Under the pieces are notes generated by a model. It was not told where the DNA came from. It worked only from the letters and a program-made list of their open reading frames with translations, and made no database searches. The translations under genes were made by a program, and so were the position numbers. Positions 39,201-54,200 of a stretch of 64,000 bases of DNA are shown piece after piece. Source of the DNA: Perna viridis (taxonomy: Eukaryota); the NCBI GenBank assembly GCA_037379345.1, contig CM074513.1, forward strand, positions 33,166,885 to 33,230,884, in the 5' to 3' direction. Within the stretch, counting starts at the first letter, position 1; each line of letters begins with the position of its first letter.

Positions 39201-42200
39201 AAAAATCAGATAGGAGGTGATTCATGCATGCCAAAAACACAGCATTCAGCAGTCAGTTTTATTTCTTGTTCAGAAACCGTTATGGATCACATAACCAGTC
39301 ATAGTTTTTCATTTGTAGACCATAAAAACATTGTCTGATCCAGTGATTTAGCTAGCGCTCGCCATTTTCGCCATTGACGAATGATTGTGCAAATTCTCGT
39401 GCACGATTCGTCACTTGATATTTCGCTCCCCCCAAAAAAATATCGGTAAAAAAAACTCTGATGTTCCCATGACCCCATAATTGACAACTTTATTACCTTT
39501 CCCAAGCCAATTAGGGTTTTACAATAAACAATCATGACCAATGTTTTGATTGCATCACCTTTGATCACACCTTGCTTGATCACCTGGTTGAGGCTAATTA
39601 TTCCGACAAACAAATTAATTAACGGTAATGATTTGTTTGTTGAGCGCTGTGACACGTTCTCAAACATGTTATTATTTATAATATAGTTGTTATAAGTATA
39701 TGTATATACATGCATGCTGATAAATTTGCGACGCGAAAAGAAAAAACAGTATTGAGATTTAGTCTTTTGCAAAAGTGACTAATGGGTTGAAAATCCTGGC
39801 TAAATCCCTGCTGATCCATGGGTTTTTCTACACCATGAATCACCTTACCATTGGTAGTGTTTGAATTTTATATGGACTGGTACTTAAATAAAATGCCCAG
39901 CTACAATTCATAGTACATTCTGTATTTATTGATGTGACTGTTTTTTTTTATGAATTACATATTTAAAATATTAGGATTGGCAGACATGAATTAATGGGTT
40001 ATTGTTAGTTTTACTAACTTGATTGTGAAATTGGAAAGAGTTTGTGTCCGTTGTTTTATCACTTTGTTTTATTGTACTTTCAGCACGATATCAACAAGAT
40101 TTTGACAAAGGTTATAGTAAATCTTCAGCAGAGAGATTCTATTACCAGGCTATAGCACTATACCCTGAAAGTGGTTAGTATCATATCATTCAACTGCCTC
40201 GATTGTCTTGTATCCTTTCCTTGAGAGTTTGAGGTTGTCAGTTCAATTCCTTGCCAAGTCTTACCAAAGAATATTGAATAAGTAATCACTATTTCTCTGC
40301 ACAGAGTTTTTTTCAGAGCTATTGAGACAACTGATTAGTTCAGAGTCAGAATAATGTGTCTGAGTAGTGTGATAAGCCCTTCTATTGTTTATTTCTTCTG
40401 TGAGGTAGCACATCATGTGCTGATGTAATGCAAATGATTTTTTGGGTTGACAAAACGTTTTTAACATAAAATACATGAAATATCAGTCATTTGGCATCAA
40501 ATTTCATGAACATTATACATCCCGTGCTAGATTGATACTCAGCATTTAAAGCTTAATATTGAATGTTGTTAATTATTTCACATTATCAGAGATACATAAG
40601 TCATAGTCTTTGCATTTGAGTTTTATTGTAACTATGTTTAATTTCATGGCCTGATGCCTCAGGAATTAAAAAATACTTAAGTTTGAGAATATTCTTATCT
40701 TCCATGGTAACTTCAATCAAAGCCTTTGAAATTACTGGTATTGAGGTCACAAATGGTTATTTTTCATGTTTTATCTTGCAGGGGCCTGATCTCAGATTGA
40801 CAATATCTATAAGTTTTTACTTTTTCTGTACAGTGAGAAAACTTTATCACTGTAAAATCAATAATTTTACAGTTAAAATATTATTGCAGTCATAATGTAC
40901 TGGACACGTATTAATTTTCGCAGTGTACTTATTATCGCTATTCTCGCAGTTGCATCAAGAACACGAAAATTAGTACCCAAGTAAATATTTAAGTCTTTTG
41001 ATTGTTAAAATCATGGTTTCCACAATTTTGAATAGAAACTAGTGTAATGGTCGTATCATTCAATGCAATCAAGTATGAATTTATACTAAATCTATGATAA
41101 AAATGTATACAATAAAAGCATGTGGGTTATAATTTCTAAATTCATGATTTTGTTTATATAATGATTTGTATCAACGGCCATAGAGTACCTGTCACATCAG
41201 AGAATAGAAACCCAGAAAATTTGCTGCCGCAAAAAATTTATTTATTTACAGTAATGAAGACTGAGACATACACATACAAGGATATTTGTACAATAGTATA
41301 CATTTTTCTGTAATATAGAATTAGGATTTTATGCTATCATGTGGAAAGGTATTCAACATGTGTAAAGTTTTTACCATGTATTGCACGCATTTGTGTATAC
41401 TGCGCACCTGCTTCTTGGCAAAAGTGATGGATGGAAAAAGTTGGTTTCTGTGTAAAACATGCAGTAGGAAGTGAGGAAAAAATCACCAGCAGAAGACCAC
41501 ATTAAGATGGAGGAAGGATTCTGGTGAATTCCTTGAAATGCATATCCTATCATCATTAATCTTTTAAATAAAAGTTGTTTTTTTTATGTTTCCCTGTGTT
41601 TGCCATTTATTGATTAAAATACAGTGATATATTTGATCCATTCAAGGCTAAAATGTTTACATTTCCTGTTTATAGTATGCAAAATCAGGTGTTTAACTAA
41701 AATGATGGCATCATGTCCGACCATTTATGAAAAAAGATGTTTTAATTTGCCAAGCTTGTGTACTGATATTTGACATCTGGAAACAGTTCATCAAGCAGAT
41801 TAAATGTTTATTGACAATTGTTTTCACCCTTTAAATTGATCTTTGTTATTTAATAATTAAATGACAATGGGCATGAGGACAGGTTAGCACTCCCGTTATT
41901 GTGTATTTTATGCTCAACTGCACATAGGTGAAGAAGTAATAATTAGGATGGCATGTTTTGAGAGAAAAATAAGAAGTTTGTGGTTTTTGGTACAAACTAT
42001 GAAATGCAAGAAAACGGCATTGGTGGATAAAACAACTATTTAATAGCAGTAAAACTTTAATTGTTTATATCACATAAAACTGTTCTCAAAAATACAAAAA
42101 AGACTTGATGTTGTCTTTTGCTGGTGACTTTGCTTCTGTTTTCTGAAAATTATGTCTCCAGAAAAAAATCTAGAAACTCATTGTTTTGGTGTATACCGTG

Positions 42201-45200
42201 CACCCCCCTCCTGGAACAAAGAAAAAGTTGAAAAAATGTGGACAGTATACCCAGAAGAATACAGTAATTTTTCATTGTGAAATGTCCTTGGTATTAATAT
42301 GCAAAGAAGATGTTTTTTTAAAGTCTATTTTGCAGCTTTCCTCAGACATGATTTTCTTCAAATTTTGTTTATTATTATATAGTTATCTACAACTTATCAA
42401 ATTAGACAGTATTTGAAGTTTACAGAAATAAAACCTATTTACTTTTAGGTATGCCTCATAACCAGCTAGGAACTCTTAGTGGGTCAAGGTATTATAATGT
42501 GGAGGCTGCATATTACTACATTAGATGGTATGTCAACCTTTATATGGTTTAGTTTTATACCAGTGATTTTGTTGTCAGTGTATTATGGGTATGTAATACC
42601 ATTTCTTATCTGTTGGTTTGCCCTATCTAAGAATGCCTATACTTTGAACTTGACAAGTTACAAGGTTCCTTAACAATTCTTTGAGACCTCCTTACCAACA
42701 AGGGATAATGATTGTTTTGAGGACAAAGCAGAGGACGCTTACCCTACAGGTGCACCTGATTCACGCTCCTAGTTTTTAAAGAAGTCAGAGATGCTCATTT
42801 ACTTTTGTTACTTTGTATGTATTATTTTAGTTACTTTATGTTCTTTGTTGTGTTTGTCTGTTTTCCATGTCTGGTCTTTGTCCCTGGGTTGCATTCTCTG
42901 CTAGAGATCTTGGTTCCCTTGATTACTTTTTGACTTTAATATATACGAAAACATGAAGCTATGTCATATTCCGAAGGAAAGTTTACCAGCTGTAATTGTA
43001 TATCATTCTTAAAGGAAATCATATAAACAGGAAATACATCTTAAATATAGTGCAAAATTATTTGCAACGTAAGAAGTGCTTTTCTGCCAAAATGGTAAAT
43101 GACAAATCATATGTGATAGTTTAGTTATTGTCTACTATTTAGTTTTATGTGTAAGGATTGAAATAGAATTGAATGAGGATTTTTTTACACAACATTTCAT
43201 TGAATATGGAATTCAGTTACACATGCTTGGAATTGCTTCATTACATTAAAACTTTTGCAGTTTGGTTTGTGACAAGCCATTTGAAGGAGCTGATGGTAAC
43301 CTCCAAAGATTATTTGAGAAGAACAGTAAGAGATTGTCAGAACTACAACATAATTTGCCTTTACCACCAGATGTACAGAGGTGAGTCCCCTGTCAGATTA
43401 ATAGGGTTATTTTTTTAACATCTCTTCATAATAACCTTGCTGTTTCTAGGAAATGAAGAATGATAATTTTTGAATTTTTATTCAAAAGTTGTTGCCCTGT
43501 TGTTTTTATGAATAAACAGATGAGCTAAATATAACAGGTTACTTGTAATAGGTATTTTATACCCCACTCTGATGGATAGGGGATTACTGTTTTACCCTTG
43601 TCCATGTGTCTGTGTTTCTGTGGGTCAGCATTTCTGTGTGTTAGTGTTTCCGTAACACTTTTTCTATCACAGTTTTCACAGCAACTACTCATTACAGCGG
43701 CTTGAAACTTGATCACATTCTTCCTGCAGGTAGGCCATATGATGGGGTACAGTTTCAGAAAAATTCAAAAACAATATCCTGTTTACTGAGGACTTTGTTT
43801 ATGATCCTTATATCCTGATTGAAAAAGGGGGTATTACTAGTGAGCCATTGCTCACAGATTTTTTTGTCTTTTATTTATTTTATTGAAGTTTTGTCAGGGG
43901 TATTTATTAGAGTGTACATCAGCTGAGTCATCTAAGTATTGATGAAAATTATTTTCAAGTAGTCCATGAATTAAAAAACAAACAGTAATAAGAAGTCTTG
44001 TTAGTTGTTTATTTACTTTCCAGTGGACTAATTTTGGAAAAGCAAAGGTTCATTATAATAGACCTGTAATTGTTCTATTGTTTGATATAGGTCTGTGCAT
44101 GCTGTTGGTACTTGTCTATTTCAGAGTACATGACACCAAGATGTTCTTGATTCAATTTCTACAGCTGATTGGGGCTTTTCATTCGACTGGAAAACAGTAA
44201 GTTTTACAAAAACCAGTTATCTTATTACTTTAAAATGTTTGTTATTGATCTTGATCACAGAGCTGTATTATAGATCAACTTAATTTTGTTTGGTAATAAC
44301 AAAAAAGGTAATCAAATATTTCTTGCGTTATAGTAATAAAAAAGTGTGAAATATAACAATCTTTGATGAATTCCTTTAATTGAAGTGAATATGTAGCAAT
44401 CCAAGATTGGTGTAACTTTCTCTTGACTTCTTTTACCTCTGTTTAATGTGTGTTTTATAAATCAGACCTAAGACTGCAGAAATCCAAGAGAAATGTCAAG
44501 CAACATTACAGAAATTTAACCTATGCATGTTCTACGAGGCTGATATGGAGGATGATAGGAAGGAGGAGAACACCTACTTTCTTGATGATGATATTGTGTT
44601 TAAATCAGTCATTATTTGCATGGCTACTATTTATCTTCTGCAACTCAGAGGTAATTGTCTTACTAATCTAAGGCTTGAGCTATTATACTTTCCTGCTCAA
44701 GAGTTTCCAGTCCATATTAGATGAGAAAGTCTCTAAGGTTTTTGCTTTCTGTTGTATTCATGATTTCTTTTGCAAACTCTCTACTGAACACAAACGTGGT
44801 CTATACTTGAGAAGTTTGTAATGAACAGTTTGTAGACACATTTTTTAGCTTTTGCCATCACTTGGGTACTGTTGTCATCTGTTATTGTCGTCTGTCGATG
44901 TTGTCCTGGTCTGTCAACAATTTTGATATGAAATAATATGAAACTTTGCACTGATGTTCCTTAGGGTAACATGCTCAAAAGGCGTGTCTGGACAAAACAT
45001 GGCCGCCTTTGCTATTTTTATATCACAGGGGTCAGTTCACTAATTTCAGCCAGTATCTTGAAAATTATAATAGATAGAAAAAAAATTTCAATTACTGAAA
45101 TGCTCTTTATGATAAGGTCTACCAAAGTCTCGATCAACTCAAAATTGTCTGATGACTCATTGTTATAATTATTGCTCTTGAAAGGTGAAATATTATGGGT

Positions 45201-48200
45201 CATCAAAGTTGTAGGACAATTCTTTGTAAGAGTTATTGTCCTTGAAGAGCAAAAATTTAACCAGGTGAGTGATTCAGGCTCCTGGAAGCCTCTTGTTTTA
45301 CTTAAAAGCAGAATTCCTCATTTTATTCCGAATTTTTAGGATTAAAATACCTTATGTCACCGGTTCATATCTGGAACTTCCCTACTGTTTTTGAACTCTA
45401 CACAGAAATATAGTCCAAATGTAATTCCTTTTATATCTTTCAATACCTCTTTTATAACAAGTAAATGTGTTTTTGGTAATTATTCAGCTTAATAAAAATC
45501 TATTATTTTTGTATAATAATGTTAAGATCTAGTCTTCAAACTAACTGAAGATTTGAGAAACTCCTTTTTGGCCTTCATATTAAGAATTAAAATTCATTTA
45601 GGGAATTTAGTTCCTGCAGTTATTTGTCAAGAAACATTAAATGTGCTAAGCATATTCCATTTAACACACTTACTAGTCACAATCTTCATCCTATTATCAA
45701 TATTTTATGATTAGTAAACAGGAAGTGAAGAGGAGTGATTTTAACAAAGTGAAAGTGACGGGAAAATTCAAATTGATTGAATGTGTTTAGCTTTGGAAAA
45801 TCTTATGTTCATCAAGGAAATTATTTTCTGAAGATGAAATTGGTTTTATTTGAGTATAATTATGGTGTAAGATAAATACTCAGTTAAAACAGTTTTTAAA
45901 TGTAAATGCAAATTAACTTTTGGACAGGTTTTAAAATTTGGGAAAAATGTGAAATGGAACAGATTTTATAAGTGCATGTTAAGTTAGATACTGTTTAACT
46001 ACTGGTTACAGTTTATACTTCAGAAATTGATAGTAAAGATTGACATTCAGTTTCTACATGCTGACAGCTCTTTTATTTTATAATACTTATTCAACTATAT
46101 AAAACGCTTGAATGGTTGAAAATAGCTGATCTGTTCTAACAAGAAACTTTCAGTATTAGTCCATATGAAATTCAAGCAAGCCAAAGTGATTTATTGTGAA
46201 GAAAACCCCACCAAACAAACAATACTTTTATGTAATGATAGTCCTTCCTGTGTTTTAATCTGTACTTTTGAGAAAACCATACAGTCATCTCACACTAAAA
46301 TCAACCAAATCAGACAATATTAAGAACCATAACTCTTGCAAAGGACCAATTTCATACACGATCTAAATAATTTTTATCTTATAAGTGCAACAATCAGATG
46401 ACAAACTAAGACTGTTTATGTGGTTTGTAAATGTTTCTGAATTCAAAAATAAAAGGAAATTTGATGAGTTTTTAAACATACTTAAATCACCTCATGTCTG
46501 ATATTTATAAAGACTGCTATTTAAATTGTCTCCACCAATTATTTTTTTTCAATTTTAAAATGTAAAATCTAATACATGTACATGTACTGAAAATGAATTT
46601 GTATTTTCAGGCTCAGGACAGACTACAGCAGCTACAGCTTTTTTGTTAGCATTGTTTTCCCACATTTTAAACCATGTAGTCATCAGGTTACAGGCTTCTT
46701 TATACAACAAAGAAAATCCAAATAAAATACTCAATCATTCTGATGATCAAAATGGTATGTTGTTCTTTACTACTGTAATGATATGTGAAAAAAAATCTGT
46801 TTTTTAACATCTTTTTCTATGAGGTTTGATAGAAAGGAATGATGTTGATCAACTGAAGTTTGAAAAATACACTGTTTAGATAAAAATACATGTATTAGGA
46901 ATATGAAAATACTTGTCATTCCTTTTAATTTCAACATTTTTTCATATACCATAATTGATAAATTCATTTTCAAATTACTGCCAAAACATTTAAAAAAAAT
47001 TTGGTACATTACTTCACTTATGGGTATGTTATAGATGAAGACTTATCAGATGATGATATTGTATGCAATGGTTTGACCTCTGACCCAGAACCAGATCAAC
47101 ATATAGATAAATCCCAGATCACCAGGGAAACTGTTGTTAGACAGGATACTACAGAAAGTGAAGATGGAATGAAAAAGGTAGGTTTTCATTCTTGATGAAA
47201 AAAAAAATGATTAATTTTTCTAGGCTGGCAATATTATCAGGACAGAGCATTAGGGGCATCCAAAACTGGGGTCTGAAACATGGATGCCTTAAAATCTTTC
47301 TTTCAAAATTTACACATATAATTGACAAGTGACTGATAGGGCATTTATTTTAAATGTTGTTATATGAGTGCAAATAGCCAAAACCTAAAATCATATTAAT
47401 AGTGATTACAATGTATTTGTAATAATAAAGAGCAGTTATGTAGCTTGGATTTTTAGGTCACCTAAATTGAAGGTCATGTGTAGGGTTTCAAATTAGAAGT
47501 GGTTTGAAATTCTGAACCCTTGAAATCTTACGTAAGACTACTGAATTCATTTATTCAGGTTTGGGACCTTCAACAGATTTATTAATTCATTGACACTTAA
47601 TCAGGGACATTTGAGTATACTCAAGTCGACCCATTGCTTTGTAACTTGAAAAGTCCATGACTTTCCACTTTTGACCCCTGGTGTGCTACTTCAATCATAT
47701 GACTCAGTCAAAGTACATTGTTGTAACAGATTAACGCAAGGACTTTTCAAAGTGAGAGAGAAGCAATAGAGATAAAAAGCAATCATTTAGCCCTACCCGT
47801 CTCTCATAAAGTATAAATTTGACAATTTTTTAGAAGTCACGTCAGTGTAGATTAAAAAGTTACAAAAGACGAAGACGACGAGCAAGAGGAGACAACAGTG
47901 ACAGTTCTGACCTGTCAGACATGTCAGACCTAAGTGAAGGTTAGTATGGTCAGTAAATACTTTATATGTTAGAAGTGTCTATTTCATTAATCAGGGTCTC
48001 TTCTTTGTTATTTGAGGTATGTGTTCATGATCAAGATGCATAGTTCCAAGTAGTCCATTATATCAGTTTAATCTTAAACAGTTATATAAATGTACATGGT
48101 CCAGATGCAGACAGACCCATTTGCTTTTTGTTATTTTATAACTGTAAGTAAGAGTTGGTATCAGCAGTTAAAGAATTTATTGTTCATCGACAGTTGACAT

Positions 48201-51200
48201 ATTGTTTTTGTACTGAATTATCATAATGTCTGTCTTATCTTTTTGTTTGTTAGAAACTAAATACTTCACATTTACTGTTGATTGTGCTCTGAACTTGATG
48301 TATCAGATTTAAACATGTTTCAACAGTAAACCAAAAGAATACATGAACTTTGATTAGCCTATGAGAATTGGAGAGGACAATACTGTGAAATTTGAATATG
48401 ACACTGTTCTCATGGTCAGCAAGTAAAGTAAAAAAAAATGATGATCAGGTCAACAGAACAAACAAGGACTTTTGGATTAATAATTTAAAATGATACACTT
48501 GATTTACTGTAGAAATAAATAATAAAGTATAACATTCTGTGATATCTTACTTGACAGGTGGCGATGACTTACCTGTTGACTTCATGTCTGATGAATCTGA
48601 GGAAGAGGAAGAATTTGTTGGGTTTTTCACCAACGATTCTGACTCAGATATGTCAGACAATCACATGGGCAGTGAGGAGTTAGATCATGGCTTCTCTAAT
48701 GAGGACAAGAGGAAAAATATACTGCAAACTATTGAGGAAAGAAGTAATGCTAGCGACAGTTCACAAAACACTGACAACAAGTCATCACCTAGACCTTGCA
48801 TCAAACCTGATCCCAGTTCAAAGGTTAATCCATGGTTGAAATCAGTTGACCGTGACAATCTAGCTCATTTATCATCAGAGCTGTTTTCATCTTCTATGAG
48901 CTTTTTAGGGCAGAATTTTAAATTTTCTTCACAAGCTGACTCATCTTTCGAGAAAGACATAGAGGAATATGAGACATGTAAAGAGGTCATACAGGGATGG
49001 AAGCATGTTTCTGTTCCTCCAGGTAAGGTTATCAGGTCAAAGTAAAAAATCTTAAAAGTATGTTTCTATCTTTACTGCTGCATTGCATTATTTTTATATT
49101 TTTTTTTATTGAAAACTGTACATTTGTTAGTTTGAAAACATCGAGTACCGGTACCTTATCCCGGTTCATTAACATTAATAGCAATAATATCAAAATATAC
49201 ACAAATGTTAGTATTTGTTAGTACAGACATGATTTTCAATAATAATATTGACACACATCACAACAGTATATCAAAGAAAAAAACCACAGATAGATAAGTC
49301 TAGAGCAATAAAAATGTAATTTATTAACAAACATACAGATTTGAAAGCAGTTTGTTTAATTGAAAAAAAATTAGATAATTAGGATTTGGGACAAAATTAA
49401 AAAACCACATGAAAGAGAGAAAAAAAAATTAATAATAAAAAAAAAAACAAGATTTTTTTGTTTCCCTGGTAAATTTCTGAATCTATCTGTTGGCCATTGT
49501 ACATATGTTATTTATTTGTTTCATCATTTAGAATGAAATCTAAGTATATATAAATTAGTTTTCATAATATAACAGTGAAAATATTCCACAATTCATTAAA
49601 TTGCTCTAGTTTGTTATTTCTGACAGCAATAGATTTTTCAATGTTATATAAATCTTTGACAATGTTTTTAAATGCTTGTAAAGATAACTGTTTCTAAAGT
49701 ATTTACAATTTTATATGAATTGTTTAATTTTGAGAAAGAAAAGATTAAAAACTAGACTTCTTCTGCCTCTAGAAGTATCTGCCAACAAAAAATTCTTTTT
49801 AGTAAAGGGGATGCTGATATCATTCGATATAAGCCAAAAATCAATTTCCAGGATAAAATTCTGAACTTTTTCACAGTTCCAAAATAAATGTTCTATAGTC
49901 TCAACCTCTTCATCACAAAAAGTACAATTTGCAGTATCTGTAATTTGTATTCTAAAAAGATATTTATTTGTTGCAATTATGTAATGATTTATTCTAAATT
50001 GTAACCATTGGAGTTTAGTGTTTTTTCGTCACTAAAAATGGAAGTTTAAAAATATCCTTCCATTCTTGATCATTAATATCCAATATGTCCCCCCATTTTT
50101 GTTGTCCACAAGGCACACAATTATTTTTTATCAACACTGAATACATATCTTTTGTGCCTTTTTTACTCTTCATAAACAATTTAATATAATTCAGACAGAA
50201 TGGACATACAACATTATTATCATTGTACACAAAAGATCTTTTTGTCTGTCTTAGTGCAGATATTATACTTCATAGTATCAATATTAATAGCAAATTTCTG
50301 CTGAAAAAATCTTAAAAGTATGTTTCTATCTTTACTGCTGCATTGCATTATGGAATGAAGATAACTTAGGCAAAAAAATAATAATAGTCTTTTTCCCTGC
50401 TACCAGAAAGAAAACAGTAAGGTAAATAGGTAGGGAAATTATTTTATTTTTCAAAAATATTTTACATTGAGATAATCAGGGAACAATTTAGACTTTAACA
50501 GTGCTTGAGCCATAATGGCCGTAAATGTTAAGGGTAGACACAAAAAAACTAGCGGAGGTAGTGTAGCAGAAAACAGGCGTATTATTTTTGATGCCTTATC
50601 ATTTTGGGTCCAAATTATCAATTGTATGATAATTTTTCAAATTTTTATCATTTTAACACTTCAGATTAATTTATATATATTATGTTATCTGCAGGATTTG
50701 ATTCCTCGTCAGAAGCCCATCATGTAGCGGAGATAACTAACAAGCTTGCTAACTTTGTTATTGAGACTGACACAGAAGCTAGTATCATGCCCACTGATGC
50801 AGGTTTGTTCATAATGTTGATAAGGAATACTGAATTTTTTGTACTATTAGTCAATATTTTTAGCAAGTTGTCTGCTTCGACTTATGTAAGGATTTTTCAA
50901 GAAAAAATATTAACCATATTTTTCCATGTATACAGCACACTTTTTTTCAACTTTTTTTTGTTCCGGGAGGGGGTGCATGGTATACACCAAAACAATGAGT
51001 TTCTAAATTTTTTTTTGGAGACATAATTTTCGAGGTCTGTAATTTTTGGGAATCAGAACCAAAGTCATCAACAAAAGACAACATTGATCCATTTTGTATT
51101 TTTTAGAACAGTTTTATGTGAAATAAAGTTTTACTGCTATTTAATAATTATTTTATCTATAAAGGCCATTTTCTTTTATTTCATAGTTTGTACGAAGAAC

Positions 51201-54200
51201 CACGACTAGCTTCTTATTTATCTCTCAAAACACACACCGTCCTAATTATAACTTCTTCACATGTGTGTGGTGGAGTGTTAAATACACAATAATGGGAGTG
51301 CCAACCTGTCCTCGGGCCCATTGTTAATTATCAAATAAGAAAAGATCAACTGAAAAGGTGAAAACAATTGTCACTCATCATTTAATCTGCTTGATGAACA
51401 TTTTCCTGATGTCAAATATCAATACATAAGCTTGATGAAATTAAAACATCTTTTTATATAAGTCAGACTTGATGCCATTATTTTAGTGAAATACCTGATT
51501 TGCATACAAACAGGCAATGTAAACATTTTAGCAGACTCTTTCAATGGATCCAATACATCGCTGTTTTTTAATCAATAAATGGCTTGCAAATGCAGGGAAA
51601 CATAGAAAAATACTTTTATTTAAAAGATTAATGATGAAAGGACATGCATTTCAGAGAATTTACAAAAATCCTTTCATCTCAGTGTTGTCTTCTGCTGGTG
51701 ATTTTTCCTCACTTCCCAGTGCTCGTTTTACACAGAAACTTTTTTCATCGATCTTACTTGCCAAGAAGGGGGGTGTGCATCATACATGGAAGAATATGGT
51801 ACCTACAATGCATTTCATTAGGTCATAGTTACTCTATCATATTTTACAGATACACAGAATTGTTTATTTAATTGAGATCTATTTGAATCAAGTCATTTAT
51901 GATGATCCGACTTTTGTTTAGTAGACCTTAAGATTTAAAACCCATTGTTTTCTCCACATGAGTTTGTTGTGATTTATTTGATTATGATGTATTGATTACA
52001 TTCATTCCTAATTGTTTGGAGTAAACTTCTATCGCAAAGTCGTCGATTTGGTGATTAAAGATAACTTCTATCACATGTATTAGAAAAAGGAAAGTCATCG
52101 ATTTGGTGATTAAAGATAACTTCTATCGCATGTATTAGAAAAAGGAAAGTCATCGTTCTGGTGATCAAAGATAACTTCTATCGCATGTATAAGAAAAAGG
52201 AAAGTCATCGATCTGGTGATAAAAGAACTTCTATCGCATGTAGCATGTATTAGAAAAAGGAAGGTCGTCGATCTGGTGATTAAAGATAACTTCTATCACA
52301 TGTATTAGAAAAAGGAAAGTCATCGATCTGGTGATCAAAGATAACTTCTATCGCATGTATAAGAAAAAGGAAAGTCATCGTTCTGGTGATCAAAGATAAC
52401 TTCTATCGCATGTATAAGAAAAAGGAAAGTCATCGATCTGGTGGTTAAAGATAACTTCTATCGCATGTATTAGAAAAAGGAAAGTCATCGATCTGGTGAT
52501 CAAAGATAACTTCTATCGCATGTATAAGAAAAAGGAAAGTCATCGATCTGGTGATAAAAGAACTTCTATCGCATGTAGCATGTATTAGAAAAAGGAAGGT
52601 CGTCGATCTGGTGATTAAAGATAACTTCTATCACATGTATTAGAAAAAGGAAAGTCATCGATCTGGTGATCAAAGATAACTTCTATCGCATGTATAAGAA
52701 AAAGGAAAGTCATCGTTCTGGTGATCAAAGATAACTTCTATCGCATGTATAAGAAAAAGGAAAGTCATCGATCTGGTGGTTAAAGATAACTTCTATCGCA
52801 TGTATTAGAAAAAGGAAAGTCATCGATCTGGTGATCAAAGATAACTTCTATCGCATGTATAAGAAAAAGGAAAGTCATCGATCTGGTGATAAAAGATAAC
52901 TTCTATCGCATGTATTAGAAAAAGGAAAGTCATAGATCTGGTGATCAGAGATAACTTCTGTCGCATGTATAAGAAAAAGGAAAGTCATCGATCTGGTGGT
53001 CAAAGATAACTTCTATCGCATGTATAAAAAAAGGAAAGTCATTGATCTGGTGATCAAAGATAACTTCAATTATATGTATAAGACAAAGGAAAGTCATCGA
53101 TCTGGTGATCAAAGATAACTTCTATTGCATGTATAAGAAAAAGGAAAATCGTCGATCTGGTGATCAAAGATTTAAAACCCATTGTTTTCTCCACATTAAT
53201 TTGTTGTGATTTATTTGGTTGTGATGTATTGATTACATTCATTCCTAGTTGTTTGGAGTAAACTTCTATCACAAAGTCGTTGATTTGGTGATTAAAGATA
53301 ACTTCTATCACATGTATTAGAAAAAGGAAAGTCATCAATCTGGTGATTAAAGATAACTTCTATCGCAAGTATTAGAAAAAGGAAAGTCATCGATCTGGTG
53401 ATCAAAGATAACTTCTATTGTATGTATAAAAAAAAGGAAAGTCGTCGATCTGGTGATCAAAGATAACTTCAATCACATGTCTTAGAGGAAGGAAAGTTTC
53501 TGTTTATCATTCCAGCTGTTGTTTATACATGTAAGATTCATACTATTTATATCATGTATTTGGATTGATGCATATTATGGGGCAAAAGCATTCTGATTCA
53601 GTTGGGCTTTTGATCTGCATCAATCAATCAGGAATATCAATTTGAAATATAAAGACCAGCCATAAGAGGATGGGTGTATCATGCAGCTCTTTATTTAAAA
53701 GGTCTATTCATGTGCCACTTACTTTTATGTTTTAATTCTTTATATATTTATTATATTGCAGAGCAATCAGCAACTGAGACAGAGGAACAAAGCAGCGAAA
53801 CAGAGTCAGTGGAAAGGTAGGTGTTAATTGATATTGTTATGGGAGTGAAACAGAGTTGATGGTGGGTGTTAATTAATATAGACTTAGTCATGGGAGTGAA
53901 ACAGAGTCAGTGGAATGGTAGGTGTTAATTAATATAGTCTTAGTTATTGGAGTGAAACTGAGTCAGTGGAATGGTAGCTGTTTATTCATATAGACTTAGT
54001 CATGGGAGTGAAACAGAGTCAGTGGAAAGGTAGGTGTTAATTGATATTGTTATGGGAGTGAAACAGAGTTGATGGTAGGTGTTAATTAATATAGACTTAG
54101 TCATGGGAGTGAAACAGAGTCGGTGGAATGGTAGGTGTTAATTAATATAGTCTTAGTTATTGGAGTGAAACCGAGTCGGTGGAATGGTAGCTGTTTATTC

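Noticed and set aside
39299-39772. 157-aa minus-strand ORF
   Set aside because: Lies almost wholly in the MITE, crosses its boundary, and has no transposase motifs.
47730-47810. Possible extra 81-nt in-frame SMG5 exon
   Set aside because: It would leave only a 23-nt intron before exon 13, too short to splice, and I recognise no SMG5 similarity.
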